From the NCBI GenBank assembly GCA_010909165.1, contig VJWM01000394.1, positions 1 through 21,381 on the forward strand: 21,381 nt of DNA, written 5' to 3'. The notes under the pieces are model-generated. The model made no database searches, was not told the origin of the DNA, and saw nothing but the letters and a program-made list of their open reading frames with translations. The DNA is from Anthoceros angustus (Eukaryota > Plantae > Anthocerotophyta). Of this stretch, positions 21,201 through 21,381 are shown in pieces (position 1 is the first letter of the stretch; the number at the start of each line of letters is the position of its first letter). The translations under genes and the position numbers were made by a program.

Positions 21201-21381
21201 CTACTTCAAAGAATCATAGATTCTCTTTGCTTCTTCATGGTGCTTCTTAAGTACCGGAAGAGTTTTGTTAGCAAAGGCTTTTAATTCAGGTGCGATATCG
21301 TTATCATCCAGAATGTCTTCAAACATATCGATATCTTTTTATGATCAGAAACCATCATATCCATATAAGAAGCTTATCAAA
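21201..21381 (-). CDS. 3' end of a bacterial DUF4142 (ferritin-like) domain protein; runs off the window
   Basis: FDK.SYMDMMVSDHK/KDIDMFEDILDDNDIAPELKAFANKTLPVLKKHHEEAKRIYDSLK* matches the FD..Y...MV.DH......F......D.ELKAFA.KTLP.L..H pattern. Needs indel correction, including one A-run deletion near 21336-21340. Confidence 0.8.

Noticed and set aside
20780-21381. Plastid or mitochondrial insertion (NUPT/NUMT) as the source of the AT-rich end
   Set aside because: The translations resemble DUF4142 and a bacterial hypothetical protein, not any organelle gene I recognise.

Overview
Mostly nuclear DNA of a seed-free land plant (hornwort-, fern- or lycophyte-like, inferred from the DYW:WW-type PPR gene). 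Two host genes lie tail-to-tail in nested transposon relics. The first is an intronless L-type lectin receptor kinase (+, 7130-9233). The second is a PLS-class PPR gene of about 32 motifs (-, ~11030-15143). It ends in E1-E2 plus a truncated WW-type DYW domain and, unusually, starts with an OSB-type PDF ssDNA-binding motif. Transposon content: the probable right end of a CACTA-like element, a decayed PIF/Harbinger element (DDE transposase, Myb/SANT ORF, right TIR), two CRE-like RLE non-LTR fragments, and a Gypsy-like gag/protease relic. That relic is split by an internally deleted Copia element with TA...TA LTRs and a 5-bp TSD, whose leader holds tandem tRNA-derived units. The last ~600 bp switch abruptly to bacterial, Bacteroidota-like DNA (small ORF, terminator hairpin, DUF4142 gene end), most simply a chimeric join. 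Short indels occur in nearly every ORF, several in homopolymer runs. This suggests unpolished long-read sequence, so frameshifts alone do not prove pseudogenisation.
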